Of a stretch of 64,000 nt of DNA, positions 19,849 to 28,565 are shown in pieces; position 1 is the first letter of the stretch; every line of letters begins with the position of its first letter. The translations under genes and the position numbers were made by a program. A model generated the notes under the pieces. That model was not told the origin of the DNA and made no database searches. It was given only the letters and a program-made list of their open reading frames with translations. This DNA is from Nitrospirota bacterium (lineage in GTDB: Bacteria; Nitrospirota; UBA9217). The stretch covers positions 611,505 to 675,504 of the forward strand of contig CAVVUN010000002.1 of NCBI GenBank assembly GCA_963751455.1, given 5' to 3'.

Positions 19849-20056
19849 GGCTATACCTCTTTCTTCGGTTTGGATTACCAACTTGCCAGCTGGTTTCAAA
19901 TCGAGAAAGAGTATAGCCTTTTTTAAGTAAGGCTCAATTGCTTTCTGCAATATAGCAAGCTTCGCGGTTCCAAGGTTTTAGTTCCGGATTTCCCGGGTTA
20001 GGATCAGAAGCGCTTCTTAATCCCCGCAAAAGAGTCTTTGCCGCATGCTATTTGGA

Positions 20057-20446
20057 TCACCAACTGCTTCTTATGTCGACGATATCCTGGATAAGCGCCG
20101 AAAGTTTTCGAGCTTTTTTTTGCGGTCCGCTGTTCAATGCTTCAAGAAGCGGATCACAGAAATACCATGTGCATCTCCACGGTCTCAGCCAGCGGGGAGT
20201 AATACAGCCGTTCAGACCCATGAACTGGCACGGGCCGTCGGGGAGGAGGGAAGGATCGTACAGGGGGAGAGCCTGCCCAAGAGCCGAGACATAGCGGGCG
20301 TCCACGGCATCGAGGAGGCAGCGCCGCTGTTTGCAGCACACGTCACGGCAGTCCGGACATGTCCGGGCAGTGTATGCGTCTATCAGCGGTGATAGCTCGA
20401 TAAGCAGCGCTTTCAGCTTTTGGGCAATTGCTTGTTCTCCGGTCAT
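20057..20446 (-). CDS. Cys-rich putative Fe-S/Zn protein (CxxCxxxCC, YkgJ-like)
   Basis: CPDCRDVCC...CQFM...GC......RPWRCTWYFC; ATGA overlap with the cyoE stop. Confidence 0.7.
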   Translation of the reverse strand: MTGEQAIAQKLKALLIELSPLIDAYTARTCPDCRDVCCKQRRCLLDAVDARYVSALGQALPLYDPSLLPDGPCQFMGLNGCITPRWLRPWRCTWYFCDPLLEALNSGPQKKARKLSALIQDIVDIRSSW

Positions 20447-21311
20447 GGCATTTTGGGGAACACGCCCCGGATTATTACGACGGACATCAGGAGCACGACA
20501 TAGCCGTTCAGCATTGCGAATGCGGAGAGCGCGTGATCCGGCGTCGAGCGCGGAGTAACGAGCGAATGGCCTTTTATGACGATGTTGATGGCTGCAGGCA
20601 GAAGCAAAAAATAGAGGAGGCCGGGCTTGATCGCTCCGAAAACAGGAAGCAGAAGCGCCGAGGCGGCGGCAGAGCATATCCACGCGAAGGTGATGCGGGC
20701 TATCTGCTTTTTATCGAGCAGCTTGGTGAGCGACGGAAGGCCGGCCAGTTCATATTCCTCGCCGTGATGCAGGACCTGCAGCCAGAAATGGGGCACCTGC
20801 CACAGAAAAAAACGAAACAGAGGATGAGGAGCCGGGGATCGCTCAAACCGCCGCCGGCCGCGACCCACCCGATGGCAGGAGGGATCATGCCGACAAGCGC
20901 ACCAGGCACTGCGGCAAAAGCCGTCAGACGCTTCAGGTTCGTGTAGACGCCGTTGTAGCAGAATGCGGCACTCACGCCCAGTATGAAAGCGGCTTTTCCA
21001 AGCAATGAGAGCAGCGCGAGTCCGCAAAAAATAAGCATGAGCGCAAAGGCATGGGCCTGTATCGGAGAAAGAGCGCCTGAAGGCAGGGGACGTTGTTTCG
21101 TTCGGTCCATGCGGGCGTCGACATCCTGCTCCTGCCACTGGTTAAGCGCGGAAGCGCCGGCGCTCAACACGAAGACGGAGACCGCAGCAACCAGTCCGTT
21201 TGAAAAAGACGCGGGTGATTCCAGCAAATAACCTGCAAGTGCCGAAAAAGCGGCATATACTGCAATGGGAAATCTGCAAAGTCGCCCGTAGGTATTGAGA
21301 ATAGCAGTCAT
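20443..21311 (-). pseudogene. cyoE: Protoheme IX farnesyltransferase (heme o synthase), frameshift in a T7 run
   Basis: NQWQEQDVDARMDRTKQRPLPSG and YNGVYT.LKR in one frame, WQVPHFW...EYELAGLP in the other. T8 instead of T7 at 20806-20812 restores the frame. Confidence 0.88.
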
Positions 21312-22255
21312 TTCAAGTTTTTGATGTATGCGACGATCCGATCAATCTCTTTGTTCGTCAGCTGCCCCTGCTGCGAAGGCATGATCGGCGGATACCCCTT
21401 TACCCGGTCGAGCTCCGGATTCAGAAGCGTCTGCCTGATAAAGGCCTCGTCAACAACCACGCTGCGCTCTTTTCCCGTATTGATCACTGTTTCCTTTTTG
21501 CCGAACATCCCCTTGAAGGTCGGTCCTACGCTCGGCGTTCCGTCGATGCTGTGGCAGGAGATGCAGCCTTTTTCCCTGACAAGCTCCGCGCCGGATTCCG
21601 GCTCGGACGGTTCGGATGCGGCAGCGTGCTGCTCCTTCCCGGCCGCCGCAGCTTCTCTCCCGCCGTACCAGGCATTGAAATCCGCGAGGTTCATCACTTC
21701 CACTTTCGTGGTCATCCGTGCATGCGCGACCCCGCAGTATTCGGTGCAGAACAGATCGTAGGAACCGGTCTCATCAGGCTGGAACCAGAGATAGGTCTGC
21801 CTTCCGGGAACCGCGTCCTCCTTGATGCGGTATGCGGGGATGTAAAGACTGTGAAGTACGTCCTCTGATGTGATGAGCAGCTTCACCGGTTTCCGGAGCG
21901 GTACCCGGAGCACGCTGTCCTGTTTGCCGTTCTCATACTCGAACGTCCAGGAAAACTGACGTGCCGTGACCTTGATCGGCATCGCGTCAGGCGGGACCGT
22001 TCTCATATATTGAAAGCCCTTCCACCCGGCGAAAAAAATGAGCAGCACGAGGATCGTCGGGATAACGGTCCAGAGTATCTCGATCGAAACACTTTCCTTT
22101 ACGTCCTCGGGTTGCGGATTTCTCTTTCTGCTGTACCTGATCGTGAAGAAAATCATGACCCCGGTATTCAGTAACAGAAGGGTAAGGGAAATCCCGAGAA
22201 TAAAGAAGAAAACGCTGTCTGCGGGATTCGACATATTTGGCCAGCCGGTTAACAT
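21308..22255 (-). CDS. coxB: Cytochrome c oxidase subunit II with C-terminal cytochrome c
   Basis: EILWTVIP, DVLHS, CuA motif CTEYCGVAHARM, CISCH...MP. Confidence 0.95.
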   Translation of the reverse strand: MLTGWPNMSNPADSVFFFILGISLTLLLLNTGVMIFFTIRYSRKRNPQPEDVKESVSIEILWTVIPTILVLLIFFAGWKGFQYMRTVPPDAMPIKVTARQFSWTFEYENGKQDSVLRVPLRKPVKLLITSEDVLHSLYIPAYRIKEDAVPGRQTYLWFQPDETGSYDLFCTEYCGVAHARMTTKVEVMNLADFNAWYGGREAAAAGKEQHAAASEPSEPESGAELVREKGCISCHSIDGTPSVGPTFKGMFGKKETVINTGKERSVVVDEAFIRQTLLNPELDRVKGYPPIMPSQQGQLTNKEIDRIVAYIKNLK

Positions 22256-22268
22256 ATAATTCCTTTAA

Positions 22269-22358
22269 GAATTTCAAATATCAAATTTCAAATTGCAAAA
22301 TGCAAAGTAAGGATCAATTCAAACTCAATTTGCAATTTACAATTTGCACTTTGCAATA
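22269..22358. repeat. Inverted arrays of 7-mer repeats (TTKCAAA / TTTGCAA)
   Basis: ATTTCAAATATCAAATTTCAAATTGCAAAATGCAAA ... TTTGCAATTTACAATTTGCACTTTGCAAT; related array at 29820-29900. Confidence 0.8.
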
Positions 22359-22363
22359 TTCTT

Positions 22364-22645
22364 TTACCTGTACCATATGTCATAAAATGTGAGCCAGATT
22401 ATGATCGTTATGGTTCCGATGGGCACAAAGAACAGCAGTTTGAATATTCTTTTTTCATACTTGAGGTGCATAAAGAACCAGAGCACGAGGCTGGCTTTTG
22501 TCGATGCGATCAGCAAATTCATCGCCATGCTCCATTGACCCATGTGCATCCGTGCAGCCTGGATCGTTATCGCAGTCAGGCCGAGTAGGGCGATCCACGT
22601 AATCATGAACGTGCGTGCAGTGGCGTGCTCTTTGTTTGCTGTCAT
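22364..22645 (-). CDS. coxD: Cytochrome c oxidase subunit IV
   Basis: Three TM helices, KASLVLWFFMHLKYE. Confidence 0.9.
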   Translation of the reverse strand: MTANKEHATARTFMITWIALLGLTAITIQAARMHMGQWSMAMNLLIASTKASLVLWFFMHLKYEKRIFKLLFFVPIGTITIIIWLTFYDIWYR

Positions 22646-22660
22646 TGCGGCTCCTTCGTT

Positions 22661-22960
22661 TCAATCAAGTGTTCTATTGCAGTGCCTGCAGCGTTTCAGA
22701 GGAAGAAGGGACCAGAAAAATAGTTCCATTCCGCAGACGTTAAGGGGCCTGAGCAGTACCGGGACGCGGCAATCCGGACACCGGACAAGGAACGCATACA
22801 AAGTATATGCTATAACGGTCAGAGCCAGGTATGCCAGAACCATCAGGTGACCAGCCTGAAAATCCCAGGCCCCGAACCCGAGCAGAAAGAACAGGCCAAG
22901 CCAGCAGATGACGATTATTATATTTTTGGATCGCCGGTTCATGATGGCCGGATTCCTCAC
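22661..22960 (-). CDS. Hypothetical membrane protein with a CxxC...CxxC zinc ribbon
   Basis: Two TM helices, CPDC and CRHC; GTGA overlap with the coxC stop. Confidence 0.65.
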   Translation of the reverse strand: MRNPAIMNRRSKNIIIVICWLGLFFLLGFGAWDFQAGHLMVLAYLALTVIAYTLYAFLVRCPDCRVPVLLRPLNVCGMELFFWSLLPLKRCRHCNRTLD

Positions 22961-23568
22961 GTAATGAGATAGAAGAGCGGAAACAGGTATATCCAGATGA
23001 TGTCTACGAGGTGCCAGAACAGCCCGGTATTCTCAAGTTTTATATAGTCATTGCTCGAAATGACGCCCCGGCCGGTCAGTACGAGCGTAAACGCTATCAG
23101 GCCCGCGCCTATCAGAACGTGAACGGCATGAATGCCGGTCATCACGTAGTAGAGTCCGAAATACAGAATCTTTCCGTGGCTCATCGCGAGCAGTTCAGGT
23201 GAATTCGGGAACACGCCGTGCCGGATATGGCTGCTCCATTCAAAAAACTTGTCGACCAGGAAGGCGGCCGCCAGCACGAGAGTAAGGGCCTGGAAGAGCA
23301 TTGACAAACGCTTTTCGCCCTTTTTCACTGCCAATATGGAAAGGGCCATAGTCAGGCTGCTCGTCAACAGGATGACGGTATTGACAGCCCCGAGCGCTAC
23401 GTTCATGTCCTTCCCGGCTTCGTGAAAATCGGCCGTATGAACCGTCCGGTATACCGCGTACACCAGGAACATGCCGCCGAACAGCAGAATCTCCGTAAAC
23501 AGGAAAAGCCACATGCCGAGCTTTGCACCGACGTAATCACGATGTTCGATGTGAGAAGTTTCGTTCAT
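22957..23568 (-). CDS. coxC: Cytochrome c oxidase subunit III
   Basis: GMWLFLFTE, NTVILLTSS, TGIHAVHV, FWHLVDIIW. Confidence 0.95.
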   Translation of the reverse strand: MNETSHIEHRDYVGAKLGMWLFLFTEILLFGGMFLVYAVYRTVHTADFHEAGKDMNVALGAVNTVILLTSSLTMALSILAVKKGEKRLSMLFQALTLVLAAAFLVDKFFEWSSHIRHGVFPNSPELLAMSHGKILYFGLYYVMTGIHAVHVLIGAGLIAFTLVLTGRGVISSNDYIKLENTGLFWHLVDIIWIYLFPLFYLIT

Positions 23569-23582
23569 AAAATGGGATTATC

Positions 23583-23658
23583 GCAGAGAGCAGAGCGCAT
23601 AGCGCATGGGGTCAATATTTCGCACTTACGCTTTGCTCCATGCTCTATGCGCCATGCG
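23583..23658. repeat. Inverted arrays of 7-mer repeats (GCATAGC / GCTATGC type)
   Basis: GCAGAGAGCAGAGCGCATAGCGCAT ... CTTTGCTCCATGCTCTATGCGCCATGC; second copy at 47297-47380. Confidence 0.8.
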
Positions 23659-23660
23659 GG

Positions 23661-25247
23661 TCAGCTGAACTGATATGGCCCTTTCGTTACTTCAGGAATT
23701 ACTTCAAAATTATCCGCAGGCGGGGGCGAGGCTGTCTGCCACTCGAGCGATGCGCCGCTCCAGGGATTGTTGCCGGACTTCGGCCCGGCCCAGATCGAAC
23801 GGATCAAATTATAGAACATGATGAACAGGCCGGCCGCCAGGATCCAGGAACCGATTGTTGAAATAAGGTTCGGTGTATTGAACCGCGGCAGGTAGTCGTA
23901 GTACCGTCTGGGCATACCCTGCCAGCCGAGGACGAACATGGAAAAATAGAGCATATTGAACCCGACGAACAGAAGGTAAAAAGCCAGTTTGGCCAGGTGC
24001 TCTTCATAGAGCCTGCCGAACATCTTCGGGAACCAGTAATGGAGACCCGCGAAAAAGCCGAAGGCAGTGCCCCCGAACATTACATAATGGAAGTGCGCCA
24101 CAATGAAATGAGTGCCGTGAATATGCAGGTTCGTAGCCAGCGCTCCGTTCACCAGGCCTGTCAGTCCGCCGATGGAGAACAGAAAGATGAAGCCCAGGGT
24201 ATAGAGAAGCGGGGCATCAGTCGAGATTGAACCCTTGTAAAGGCTTGCGATCCAGTTGAAGACCTTTACGCCGCTCGGAACCGCAACGATAAACGTAAGT
24301 AGCGAAAAAAGCATCCGTGCGGTATCGCTCATGCCGCTCGTGAACATATGGTGGCCCCAGACGAGGTAGCCGACGAACGCGATGGCGAGGCTGGAGGCTG
24401 CTATCGCCGTATATCCGTAGATGTTTCGTCGGGCAAATACGGGAATAATGTCGGACACCACACCCATTGCGGGGATGATCATGATATATACGGCAGGGTG
24501 GGAATAGATCCAGAACATATGTTCGAACAGGATAGGGTCCCCGCCCTTGGCAGGATCGAAGAAACCGATACCGAAGAACCGTTCCATGATGATCAATAAA
24601 AGTGTTATTGCAAGCACGGGAGTGGCCAGGAGCTGGACCCACGAGGTCGCATAGATCGCCCAGGTGAAAAGAGTCATGCGTCCCCAGGTCATTCCAGGCG
24701 CCCTTAGCCGGTGGATCGTAGTCAGGAAGTTCATCCCGGTAAGCGTAGAGGAAAGGCCGATCAGGAAAACGCCGAAGACGGCAAGAGAGATATTGGTGCC
24801 CGTCCGGATACTGTACGGAACATAGAATGTCCACCCGGTATCCGGGGGGCCGCCGCCGGTAAAAAGGGATGTGACCGCGAGCGCAGCGCCGGCTATGAAT
24901 AGCCACCAGGAAAGAATGTTGATCCTGGGGAATGCGACATCGCGCGCACCGATCTGGAGGGGGATAATAAAGTTCCCGAACGCCGACGGGATGCCGGGGA
25001 TGATGAACAGGAAGATCATGACGACGCCGTGCAGGGTGAAGATCGCATTATACGTGGCCGGGCTGAACAGGTTCATGCCCGATTTGATCAGCTGCAATCG
25101 CAGCGTTAGTCCAAGGCAGACACCGACAAAGAAGAAGGAGAGCATCGTCGCCAGATAGAGCATGCCGATGCGCTTGTGGTCCGTGGTAAAGAGCCACCCG
25201 AATATGCCCGGGTATCCGCCGGGAGTTGTATAAAAGGATGTTTGCAT
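23661..25247 (-). CDS. coxA: Heme-copper oxidase subunit I, A2 type
   Basis: TDHKRIG, TLHG, GWTFY, FWIYSHPAVY (YS motif of A2), VWGHH, HFHY, GMPRRY. Confidence 0.97.
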   Translation of the reverse strand: MQTSFYTTPGGYPGIFGWLFTTDHKRIGMLYLATMLSFFFVGVCLGLTLRLQLIKSGMNLFSPATYNAIFTLHGVVMIFLFIIPGIPSAFGNFIIPLQIGARDVAFPRINILSWWLFIAGAALAVTSLFTGGGPPDTGWTFYVPYSIRTGTNISLAVFGVFLIGLSSTLTGMNFLTTIHRLRAPGMTWGRMTLFTWAIYATSWVQLLATPVLAITLLLIIMERFFGIGFFDPAKGGDPILFEHMFWIYSHPAVYIMIIPAMGVVSDIIPVFARRNIYGYTAIAASSLAIAFVGYLVWGHHMFTSGMSDTARMLFSLLTFIVAVPSGVKVFNWIASLYKGSISTDAPLLYTLGFIFLFSIGGLTGLVNGALATNLHIHGTHFIVAHFHYVMFGGTAFGFFAGLHYWFPKMFGRLYEEHLAKLAFYLLFVGFNMLYFSMFVLGWQGMPRRYYDYLPRFNTPNLISTIGSWILAAGLFIMFYNLIRSIWAGPKSGNNPWSGASLEWQTASPPPADNFEVIPEVTKGPYQFS

Positions 25248-25267
25248 AAAGTATTTGCTATGCTTTG

Positions 25268-25872
25268 GTAGCCGCAGGCTTCAGCCTGCGTGTTTTTGTT
25301 CGCTACATGATGCTATACAAAATACCATTCAGGTCACAACCGAGTGACCCGCTGTATGAGTAATCCCGCCAGTTAAGTACCAAACCTTTTCTGACCGGAT
25401 TGTCGAGAATATACCTTATGTGTACTTCTAATTTATCGTCGGACCGTATGATATGATCATAAAAATCTTTTTGCCATTTTAGCTCAGGCCTGTGCGACGA
25501 TAACCAGAACCCGGTTTGTTGTTTATAATTTATTGCCGTTTTCCATAGATCAGAAGCATCTGATTGACCACTTATCAGTAAGTGCAGATGATCCGGCATG
25601 AAACAATAAACCGGCACGATGCAATTTTCTTTCTCTATAGTCTTTCTGAGAATATCTTTGAACACGCTTACGATATTTGCCTCAGCGAAAGACGGCTTTT
25701 TATCCTTCATGCATAATGTGAATGATACGGACACCGGTCCCTTATACAATTCCCTGGGCAACCTATGATTTTTTTCCCGTATCGACATATTTATTATGAG
25801 GCGCAGGCTGAAGCCTGCGGCTACCAAGCATGTGTCTTCCGTGAACAAACGCAGGCTAAAGCCTGCGGCTAC
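25268..25872. repeat. Three GTAG-family REPs flanking the RAYT gene
   Basis: GTAGCCGCAGGCTTCAGCCTGCG at 25268-25290; inverted copies at 25802-25824 and 25850-25872. Confidence 0.92.
25303..25788 (-). CDS. REP-associated tyrosine transposase (RAYT, HUH Y1)
   Basis: YCFMPDHLH, WQKDFYDHIIR, YILDNPVRKGL; flanked by inverted REPs. Confidence 0.92.
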   Translation of the reverse strand: MSIREKNHRLPRELYKGPVSVSFTLCMKDKKPSFAEANIVSVFKDILRKTIEKENCIVPVYCFMPDHLHLLISGQSDASDLWKTAINYKQQTGFWLSSHRPELKWQKDFYDHIIRSDDKLEVHIRYILDNPVRKGLVLNWRDYSYSGSLGCDLNGILYSIM

Positions 25873-25883
25873 CGATTTTACCG

Positions 25884-26678
25884 TTATGTGTCTCTCTCGC
25901 GTTTTCTTCGTCCGGAAAGCATCAGATACGCAAAAAAAGACCCGATGAACAGGACCATCACTGTCCCGGTGATTTTCAGGATATTGAAGACATAGGACTT
26001 TTTTACCGGGTCATAGCTGAAACAGTACATAAGCGCACGGCGGGAAGGAGAGCCGACCTTGCCTTCGGCTGCTTCGGTCAGGGCCATGGTCATCTCGAAC
26101 GGCAAAAAACCCATGCCCTGGATGTAGCGGACGATCTTTCCGTCCCTGGTCGCGACGACGAGCGTGAGGGGATGTGAAAAATCGTGTTCGCCATCGCGCT
26201 GGAACCTGAAGCCGATCGAGTCGGTAACCGCTTTAATGTTTGAAGCGTCTCCGGTGACGAACTTCCAGGACTCCTCGGGAAACGGCTTGCCGATCGCCTT
26301 CAGATAATTTCTTTTTTTATCTCGAGCGATTTCGGGTGTGTCCCGCTCGTCAAAACTGAGCGCGATAACCGAGTAGTCGATGCCGGGCTTTACGAGCTGC
26401 ATCCTGCCCAGCACTTGTGCGAGGCTGTTCAGGAGCATGGGGCATTCGTGCAGACACCCGAAATATACCGGCGCGATGATCGTCGGCTTGTCGATCATGT
26501 CTTTTAAACGCATTTTTCGGCCGGCATCGTCCGTAAGCACGGCATCAGGGGCAACATATCCGTTCAATTTTTCATCGAGGCTCACGTCGGCTGTTGGTAT
26601 CACGCTTCCGTTGCCTGAAGCCTGCGAAGCTGGTGCCAGCGTTATCAACAAGAGCAGAATCGATATTTTCATGGGCAT
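25884..26678 (-). CDS. SCO/SenC copper chaperone
   Basis: YFGCLHECP, SFD..DTP, FSHP, YCFSYDP; first gene of the cox operon. Confidence 0.9.
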   Translation of the reverse strand: MPMKISILLLLITLAPASQASGNGSVIPTADVSLDEKLNGYVAPDAVLTDDAGRKMRLKDMIDKPTIIAPVYFGCLHECPMLLNSLAQVLGRMQLVKPGIDYSVIALSFDERDTPEIARDKKRNYLKAIGKPFPEESWKFVTGDASNIKAVTDSIGFRFQRDGEHDFSHPLTLVVATRDGKIVRYIQGMGFLPFEMTMALTEAAEGKVGSPSRRALMYCFSYDPVKKSYVFNILKITGTVMVLFIGSFFAYLMLSGRRKRERDT

Positions 26679-26733
26679 TTAATCCCGGATAAAACGATAA
26701 CTTAAGTATGAATAAATATAGTGAATAATCTTA

Positions 26734-26816
26734 AGAATAGCGGAAAAATCAAAAAAGTCAAGATACTGCATCAATTACAACGCCTCGCTTGACACTCACT
26801 CCACGCACTGTATCAT
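26734..26816. promoter_or_regulatory. Divergent sigma70-like promoters (sco / radical SAM)
   Basis: Plus strand TTGACA-16-TATCAT at 26789-26816; minus strand TTGACT...TATTCT at about 26761-26735. Confidence 0.5.
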
Positions 26817-26871
26817 TTATTTATAGGTATACCCACGTCACTTTGCCTCGCTTTCCGTACCACAGGATTAC

Positions 26872-28293
26872 ATGAACATTCTTCTGATCAATACGAACAG
26901 GAACTGCAACCCGGTTTCGGTCCTTCCTGCCGGCTTATGCATGGTCGCGGAGGCCGCAGAGCGAAAGGGGCATACGGTCAGGCTGCTCGATCTTCTGTTG
27001 GAGCGGGATCCGCTGGCAGCGACAAAGGCGGAAATCAGTAAGGGTTATGGCCTGGTCGGGTTGTCCGTCAGGAACATTGACAACAATGACATGCAAAGCC
27101 CTGTTTATTACATTAACGACGTGGCAGCGCTCGCTGATGCCATACGGTCGGCGTGCGATATCCCGATTGTGCTCGGCGGCGCTTCGCTCGCGGTCATGCC
27201 GGAACAGATCATGCGGGCGACCGGGGTACCGATGGCGGTGACAGGGGACGGAGAGATTGTTTTTCCCGCGCTCGTTGAAAGACTGGCCGCGGGCATGCCT
27301 TATGACGACCTTTCCGGCATCGCCACAATCAAGGACGGAATCTTTAGAGAAAATCCCCCTGTCCGTGACATTCCGTCAGGCTGCCGCGCCATTGATTACA
27401 CACGCTGGCTCGACTTGAAGACGTATTGCTCGCGCATGGCGACGGCGCCTATCCAGACAAAGCAGGGATGCCAGTTTCAATGTGTATACTGCACATACCG
27501 CAAAATTGAGGGCGCTCAGTACCGGTTGTCAGACCCGGCGGTTGTCGCTGAAACCGCCCAGAGGATGGCGAGGTCGGGCATGACGGACATTGAGTTTGTT
27601 GACAATGTATTTAACGCGCCCTACGCGCATGCACTGTCTATATGCGAGGAATTGATACGCGTAAAACCACGCGCCCGTTTCCAGTGCCTGGAGCTGAACC
27701 CCGCTTTTTTCGACCATGAACTGGTTGTTTCGATGGAACGGGCAGGATTCAAGGGCATCGGCATTACCGCGGAAAGCGCGTCAGACAGGGTGCTTACAGG
27801 CCTCAAAAAAGGGTTCGGCTCCCGCGAAGTGCACGCGGCAGCGGATGCAGTAAGGGCGAACAAAATACCGTGCCTCTGGATATTCATGCTGGGCGGCCCA
27901 GGGGAAACGCGGGAAACGGTCAGGGAAACATTGAGGTTCGCGGAGAAGGTAACGAGACCGAACGATGCTGCGTTCTTCGGAATAGGAATACGCGTGTATC
28001 CCGGTACAGAGCTGGAATCCATAGCGCGAAACCAGGGCGTGCTTTCACATTCTGCCGATAGCATGCTTGAGCCCGTGTTCTATCTTTCTCCGGACGTCGA
28101 CGCCCGCTGGTTGCTTCAGCAGGTGAAAAATTCCATGAATAATCATTTGAACTTCATAAGCCCCGATTCTCTCGGGTTTCGCTATCTTCCGCTCATACAA
28201 CGGCTTGGATGCCGGCTGGGAGTGAAGACCCCTCTCTGGAGATATACAGGTCGCATCCGGAAGGGACTCCGTTCCTTAGGAATGGATGTGTAG
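26872..28293 (+). CDS. Cobalamin-binding radical SAM protein (lipid-modification type)
   Basis: N-terminal B12 domain (GLSVRNIDN, VLGG, GDGE); QTKQGCQFQCVYC; FVDNVFN. Confidence 0.9.
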   Translation: MNILLINTNRNCNPVSVLPAGLCMVAEAAERKGHTVRLLDLLLERDPLAATKAEISKGYGLVGLSVRNIDNNDMQSPVYYINDVAALADAIRSACDIPIVLGGASLAVMPEQIMRATGVPMAVTGDGEIVFPALVERLAAGMPYDDLSGIATIKDGIFRENPPVRDIPSGCRAIDYTRWLDLKTYCSRMATAPIQTKQGCQFQCVYCTYRKIEGAQYRLSDPAVVAETAQRMARSGMTDIEFVDNVFNAPYAHALSICEELIRVKPRARFQCLELNPAFFDHELVVSMERAGFKGIGITAESASDRVLTGLKKGFGSREVHAAADAVRANKIPCLWIFMLGGPGETRETVRETLRFAEKVTRPNDAAFFGIGIRVYPGTELESIARNQGVLSHSADSMLEPVFYLSPDVDARWLLQQVKNSMNNHLNFISPDSLGFRYLPLIQRLGCRLGVKTPLWRYTGRIRKGLRSLGMDV

Positions 28294-28366
28294 GGTCAGA
28301 GCCTTGATCTGAAAGATCGGTGGGGACACAGTACACCAAAGAGCAGGTGGCAACAGGGTCGTCCAT

Positions 28367-28520
28367 CCTAAAAAGGCAGTTGGACGCAGATAAACGCAGA
28401 AACGTCGGATTAAATCGAAGACTTGGATCGAAACGAAAAGTCACCAAATGAAGTAATGGTTTTTTATTTATCTTTATCCGATGTTATCCGATTTTTCCGC
28501 GTCCAAACGCTCTTTATAGG
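28367..28520. mobile_element. CCT...AGG MITE, copy 2
   Basis: CCTAAAAAGGCAGTTGGACGCAGAT...GCGTCCAAACGCTCTTTATAGG; flanks TCCAT / TTCAT. Confidence 0.75.
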
Positions 28521-28565
28521 TTCATTGCATCCAGTTGCCGATTAGTCTGAAGAAAGGCATATTAC

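Larger units (their letters stand above)
18331..19959 (-). mobile_element. IS110-family insertion sequence with CT core
   Basis: CT at 18329-30 and 19960-61. Removing the element restores CTTCGCGCCTTCGCGGTTCCAAGG as seen at 32300-32322. No long TIRs. Confidence 0.92.
18190..20001. repeat. 9-mer palindromic repeat element (GxxExxY type), interrupted by IS110
   Basis: TTAGTCAGTTAC...ACCGCGAAGGCGCGAAG...CTTCGCGACCTTCGCGCCT | IS | CTTCGCGGTTCC...CCGGGTTAG. Intact relatives at 32207, 41946 and 44664. Confidence 0.85.

Noticed and set aside
19849-19950. N-terminal extensions in the ORF track for IS110 (also lexA, fadJ, fadI, glyS, GxxExxY)
   Set aside because: The extensions run through repeats, promoters or element ends; downstream starts fit the RBS or promoter and the family N-termini better.
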